A stretch of DNA of 64,000 nt from the human T2T-CHM13v2.0 reference genome, Homo sapiens, in assembly GCF_009914755.1 (NCBI RefSeq), contig NC_060928.1. The stretch is one strand, 5' to 3'. This document shows, piece by piece, positions 58,000-64,000 of this stretch. The position numbers and the translations under genes are program-made. How positions within the stretch are numbered: the first letter of the stretch is position 1; the number at the start of each line of letters is the position of its first letter. The notes below the pieces were generated by a model that made no database searches, was not told the origin of the DNA, and worked only from the letters and a program-made list of their open reading frames with translations.

Positions 58000-59788
58000 C
58001 ACTGGTAAAGAGTTTTGATTTCAAAAAGAAATTGGTAAGCACTGAATTCCAAACTTGATCACAGCATACTTTACTACCAGTCATCATAAGGGGTGTAGCA
58101 GTATGTTCAAAATAAAATTGATTTTAATTACTTTTGATTTTAAAAATAAATATAGGCCTTACATTTCTTACATGAAGTTTGGGGTTGAGAAATCAAATTT
58201 CTGTGGAAATTCCACTTTTCCAAAATTTCTATCATTCTGAATTGTCACATTAGTTTCTCTCCATGACTATATAACTCCTATATATTTAGAATCCTAATAT
58301 GAACTGTACAAACCATGCCATTCATGTGACAATAATATAAGTGTAGCATTGTAATGTGAAATAATTTTGCAGTGAGTGAAATAATTCATTTAAGAGAGTT
58401 CTAAATCAAGGGTTGTACTGACTGACACAGTTAAAAACTGTATTTTCCTTGTGATAGTTCAGCAATAATCCCATTACTGAATATTATTTCAATTTCTACT
58501 TGCTTTTCAATTCCTTTGAAGAACCATTCGAAAGTACGTATCTTTTATTTGAGTGATTGGTAATAAAATTACTTTAAATTTCACTGTAAATATATAATTA
58601 CTAATTATAAATAAGAAATTATCAATTGTAATTTGCACTGAGAACCAACAAATTTCTAGATACTTTTTATAATATTGTGTTGGATGTGTAATCGTTTGCA
58701 AATAAGTCCACTTTTGCCAACCGCTTGTCAGTTAATTCTGTCTGTTACGTTTAAATACCATGTAGGAAAGTATTAGTGTACTTTGATTTAAAACTATAAT
58801 AATCTTGAAAAATAATGTTCTTCATTAATATTTTATGATGATCTTATGACTATTAAAATGATCAGTTTATATGAAATAAACCAGATATTTAGCAGCAAAT
58901 AATTTATGTGATATTTTGCTTCCAGTTTTGACTGGACTGGTCATTTTGGTATTAAGCATTTTTAGCCTAAATTTATGACATTTCTTTCAAATTTCAGAAA
59001 GAAGAGCTTGTCTAGGCATACATTACTCTGTGCTTTGTGAAATTTATATTAAGAATATAAATTATAAATTTTTGAAATTTATATTTAAAAGTCTACTTAT
59101 TTTATAATACTTCACAAACTTCATGATTCTTATATTGTAAATTATAGGGCAGAAATTTAATCTAATTACTATATTCCTCTTATTACCCTTAGCTTTTTCT
59201 AACAGTTAAAATACCAATAAACTAAGAATTAATGCAAAATACATAAAATTATATAATAATATCACACAATCCACTTTAATTGAAGACTTATTTTTGATGT
59301 ACATTAAATAGTATGTATAAAGATGAGGAATTAAAATTTGGTAACCATGGTTAATTTGCCAAGGACAAATTAACTGTGAGTAAGCAAGGATAAAACTCAT
59401 TCTGACACTAGAGTTTGCTTTCCAAATCTTCCACATCCAAACATTACAACTGAAAGGAGTGGGGAAAGAATTTATTTTACAGAAGTGTCCATTACAGTTA
59501 ATTCCATTAGAAAATAATTAATTTGATTTTGAATATATCATTTGAAAAAGTTCCACACCTTGAAAGAAGTATCGTTTTATGTAACAAAAGGAACTATCTA
59601 AAGAATGAATCTTATATTAAATTCAAAGGAGTGGCATATACAACACACAATTGTAACCAAACACAGCAGTTGTGACCAGTTAATGGGAAAAATTTCAGCA
59701 TAGTCACCATACATTTTTAAAAAGAGGGAGAGAAGCCAGTGTTCATCTTCATCCAACCTAGCATCAACCAAAGAAAATTTTTGAGGTT

Positions 59789-60122
<334 letters not shown>

Positions 60123-60139
60123 TCAGAAATTTATGAGCT

Positions 60140-60345
60140 AATTTGAATTACCTCCTATGTTCTGAGCAGTTTAAATGCTTTAGTTTTATTAATTAATTTA
60201 ACCCCCAAACAATCCTGAAGGCCATTATTACCCCATTTTTTCCAGATAAGACAACTAAAGTACAAATTTTTTTTTAAAATGGCCACGTTGAATAACCTAA
60301 ACTAGTATTCAAGCCCAAGTCTGACTCTAGAGCTCTTGCTCTATT
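60140..60345 (-). mobile_element. MIR
   Basis: ATTATTACCCCATTTT...CAGATAAG...ATTCAAGCCCAAGTCTGACTCTAGAGC. Confidence 0.7.
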
Positions 60346-60889
60346 ATGATTTCATCATCATAATTATTTTTAAGAAGTGCCTATTATTGAAGTTTTAATC
60401 TCAAAACTTCTGAATTATAAAACACAGTAAATAAATTATAGTAAAACCTAATTCATGCTGTAGCATTCCACAGCTAGTGTATGTCTCAAAAAAGAATCTA
60501 TACTGAGACTACTGAGGCTATAAGTCAAATGGCTTTCTTTCTGACAACATCATAAACTTCATCTGGAATCTGAAAATAAAGCCACTCTTTTCCTCTTGCA
60601 CTGTCGTGAGTCATGTAGTTTTTTTCCTTGGGACTTGGAGGTAGGGCAAGGTGGAAAACTCCACAGTCTACTTGAGAGAAACAGCCCATTAGGGGAAAGA
60701 CCTGGATAGTTCTAGTCAGGTTAACTCTTTCCAAAACTATTTTTTTTTCTTTTCAGTAATATTTCTGCTTTGAAATCTTCCCCCAAGGCTAGTGCAAAGT
60801 GGAGAGACCACTAATATTTTTGCAAATGACTTTTCATGAAACCGACATTCTAATTCCTGCTTACCTCTTTAGTTTTTTCTCTAGCTTCT

Positions 60890-61105
60890 GATTGCTCAGT
60901 CTTGAATCCTGGATCCCTCACTTACTAGTTCTATGAGCATAAGAAAGTATTTAATTTCTCCCTATAACAGCTTCCTCATCTATACATTAAAGGTAGAAAC
61001 AGTATATATTTGATAAAGTTATTATAAGGGTCAAGTGAGGTCGACATGTAAAATGCTTAAAATAGTTTTCAGCATTTAGCAATGCTCACTCAATAAATAT
61101 TAAAT
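60890..61105 (+). mobile_element. MIR
   Basis: TTGAATCCTGG...CACTTACTAG...CTTCCTCATCTATA...CTCAATAAATATT. Confidence 0.75.
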
Positions 61106-61407
61106 ATGTTTTAAAATTGGAAGAACCAAGATTTGCAGTGTAATTAAAAAATCCATATATTAATACAAACTTTTTAAAAAATTTTTCAGACGTAGAATTT
61201 GTTCTTGTTCCATTGTATTGGTGAAGAAACTGAAGTTCAAAGTAATTGGCAGAACATACTACTTTGGGCAGTATGGGAGTAGAGGCCTATGGACGACCAG
61301 CAACAGGTAAAGACTAATTAGGGGGTATTTCCAAAGAATGATTTTTTTCTTTATTTGATGAGAGAGATACATGCTATGTCTTCAGTTGTCCATATTTTTA
61401 AAAATAA

Positions 61408-61717
<310 letters not shown>

Positions 61718-62054
61718 TCATTCCCCTTCTTTAGTGGGAGAAAGAAATGTGCATTTAGATCTACAAATATTTTTGTGTGTTTTTGTGTATATATACACAA
61801 ATACATATATTCAGAAATAAGTTCTAGCCTCATCAGTGTCATCTATCTGTAGAAGAGAGTATTTATAGAGGTTTGGCCTTGACAGTTGCGGATGTCAAAA
61901 CAAAAAATGCTCTCAGCTATAGTCAGGGACCAGATTAATGCAATATCTGAATTTGGCTAACCAAAAACACAGTGTTCTCGAATTCTTCTGTGTAAGTTGT
62001 GTTATGGCCTTAGATAACCTGGTGGCAATTTAAAGAACATCAGTTATAAAGTCA

Positions 62055-62230
62055 TACAGGTAGAAGTTCAAATCTTGAATCCACCACTTACTATATACAA
62101 AGCTAATTGCATATTTTTGGGCAAATTATTTAACCTCCGAGGGCTGCAATTTCTTTGCCAACAATCCATGCCTCATAGGAACACTAAATGTGAGCATGTG
62201 CCTAAGACACATATTACAGAGCCGGCAGAT
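62055..62230 (+). mobile_element. MIR
   Basis: GTTCAAATCTTGAATCCACCACTTACT...TTGGGCAAATTATTTAACCTC. Confidence 0.65.
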
Positions 62231-63291
62231 GATAGCTGTTGGAATTTGAGTTGATTTAAGCATTAAAGAGCAGGCTGAGGTAGAACATCCCAAACATGAG
62301 ATTCTTTAAGTCTATGAATCTTTGAGTCCTGACATGGAGCTTTCTATCTAAACTCAAAATGTATGCCTACCTTGTGTAATTTAAAATCCCCACTCTGCAT
62401 GTGATGAATAGAATCATCCAGATGTGGTCAGTAAATTATGAAAAATCACTTAGTCCTTTCTGCTGAGAGAGGTAAAGAGGTTGTCCCAAATATCATATTT
62501 GCCAAATATTATGCTTATTGCTTTATTAAATTTATCCCTGCTAATGTATTCATATAAGTAAAGCACCCAAGCCTGCTTCATCGCTGATGTGAGTATCAGC
62601 AGACACAGCAATATCAACAAAATAACTCTATGCGATTACATTCTCTCCCATACTCAAATTAACCCAAGGATTTTTGGATACCATGAGGAAATGTACATAC
62701 ACGGATTAATATGGCTTCTGTGATTAATAGATGTAATGGGCTTGGGCGGGGAGGAGAAGGAGAGTGTGTCAGGAGGGAGGAAAATTTCTCTGGGATTCTT
62801 CCCATAATTTTTAAAACACCTAATAGCCAAAGGGGTTATCTCTTTATTTCAAAACTCTCTAGTAAGTGTAATTAGATATTGAGGCCTTGGAACATGCTGC
62901 AGTCTACAAGAATAAAGTATAGACATTTTCTACTTATTTCATTTGTCTGGAACTTGAAAAATCTTTTATTTCAGCCCAGAGGGCAAAACAGGAAGACAGA
63001 GTTTGCTACCCAGGAAAATTATTAGGTACTTGTCAATTTCTTCTTGAATGATCCTCTAATAATCGCTAATGGTTATTGAACTTATTGCTGACATTATGGA
63101 ATGTTACATAAGAGAGAGAAAAAACAATCTTTCTTGATTCCTTTTTGACAAGATATAGCGTTAAGTAAAAAGTTGATCCAATAATCCTCATTTTGGCTTA
63201 AAAATGTATTAATTCTCAATCAAAATAGCAATTTGAAACTTTGCCTTGACCAACTTCACATCATATATATATTATGAAAAAGTAAGAAGGA

Positions 63292-63486
63292 GGCCGGGAG
63301 CAGTGGCTCACACCAGTAATCCCAGCATTTTGGGAGGCCAAGGCAGGCAGATCATGAGGTCAGGAGTTTGAGACCAGCCTGGCCACCATGGTGAAACCCT
63401 GTTTCTACTAAAAACACACCAGGCACTCCAGCCTGGGTGACAGAGCAAGACTGTCTTGGGGAAAAAAAAAAAAAAAAAAAAAAAAA
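63292..63486 (+). mobile_element. Alu (AluSg-like) with most of the right monomer deleted
   Basis: The left arm joins directly to GCACTCCAGCCTGGG; TSD AAAAAGTAAGAAGG (63277-63290, 63482-63495). Confidence 0.95.
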
Positions 63487-64000
63487 GTAAGAAGGCAAGA
63501 AAACGGGGAAGGAATGGGAAGGGGTAAGAAGAAGGAAAAGGAAACTGAAAAAGAGAAACATAGGTCTGAAGAATAATTGTTTGTGAGAGTATCACTGAAA
63601 AACATTGCATTACGAACTTCTTTATATTATTATTTCTTATCTTAAAATTTTTTTTATTTATTAACAAAACATTTCCATTTTCAAAAACCAGTTTATTTAT
63701 TCTAAGGCTAAGATACAAGGATGCTTCTCCACTGTCATTTCTTACTACTATTATTCCTTTTTTGTTCTTTTATATTTTTACCCCTAGGCTAGGGATAAGA
63801 GTGGAGATCTGAATACAAGAAACTAGTATTCAGGATACGGGTCCTGGTTGTGATTCTCTCCTAATCCTTCGTGTGACTGGAGTTATGTCGTGTGACTCTC
63901 ATAAACAATGGGTTTTCCTTCTTTGTACGTAATAGTTGGCAGAAGTGGTTACGTCCTTGCCACAAGGAAAAAGTCTCATGAGATGATTAATCTAAAACTT

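Overview
AT-rich, CpG-poor primate (human-like; Alu, L1PA and THE1 elements present) genomic DNA. It looks intronic or intergenic. I recognise no known protein-coding exon, RNA gene, CpG island or prokaryotic-type system, and almost all supplied ORFs are Alu, L1 or MaLR translations or chance ORFs. Positions 1-45.4 kb are dense in transposable elements: THE1/MLT1 MaLR LTRs, an LTR16/ERVL remnant, seven Alus, a decayed near-full-length L1PA7-like element, a twin-primed short L1, Tigger/MER5 MITEs and L2/MIR relics. Positions ~45.4-59.8 kb lack young elements and carry three good CTCF motifs. Three more Alus follow after 59.8 kb. The most interesting signals are unproven inferences: (i) three + strand exon candidates that splice in phase 0 into an 89-aa ORF; (ii) a tight - strand exon cluster at 6.5-7.4 kb encoding a signal-peptide-like 36-aa smORF; (iii) a recursive-splice-like site at 21,040; (iv) an open ORF0 homologue plus antisense-promoter splice donors in the L1 5'UTR. 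Repeat subfamily names come from recalled consensus sequences, not a database search. I cannot support a claim of a novel biological system from sequence alone.
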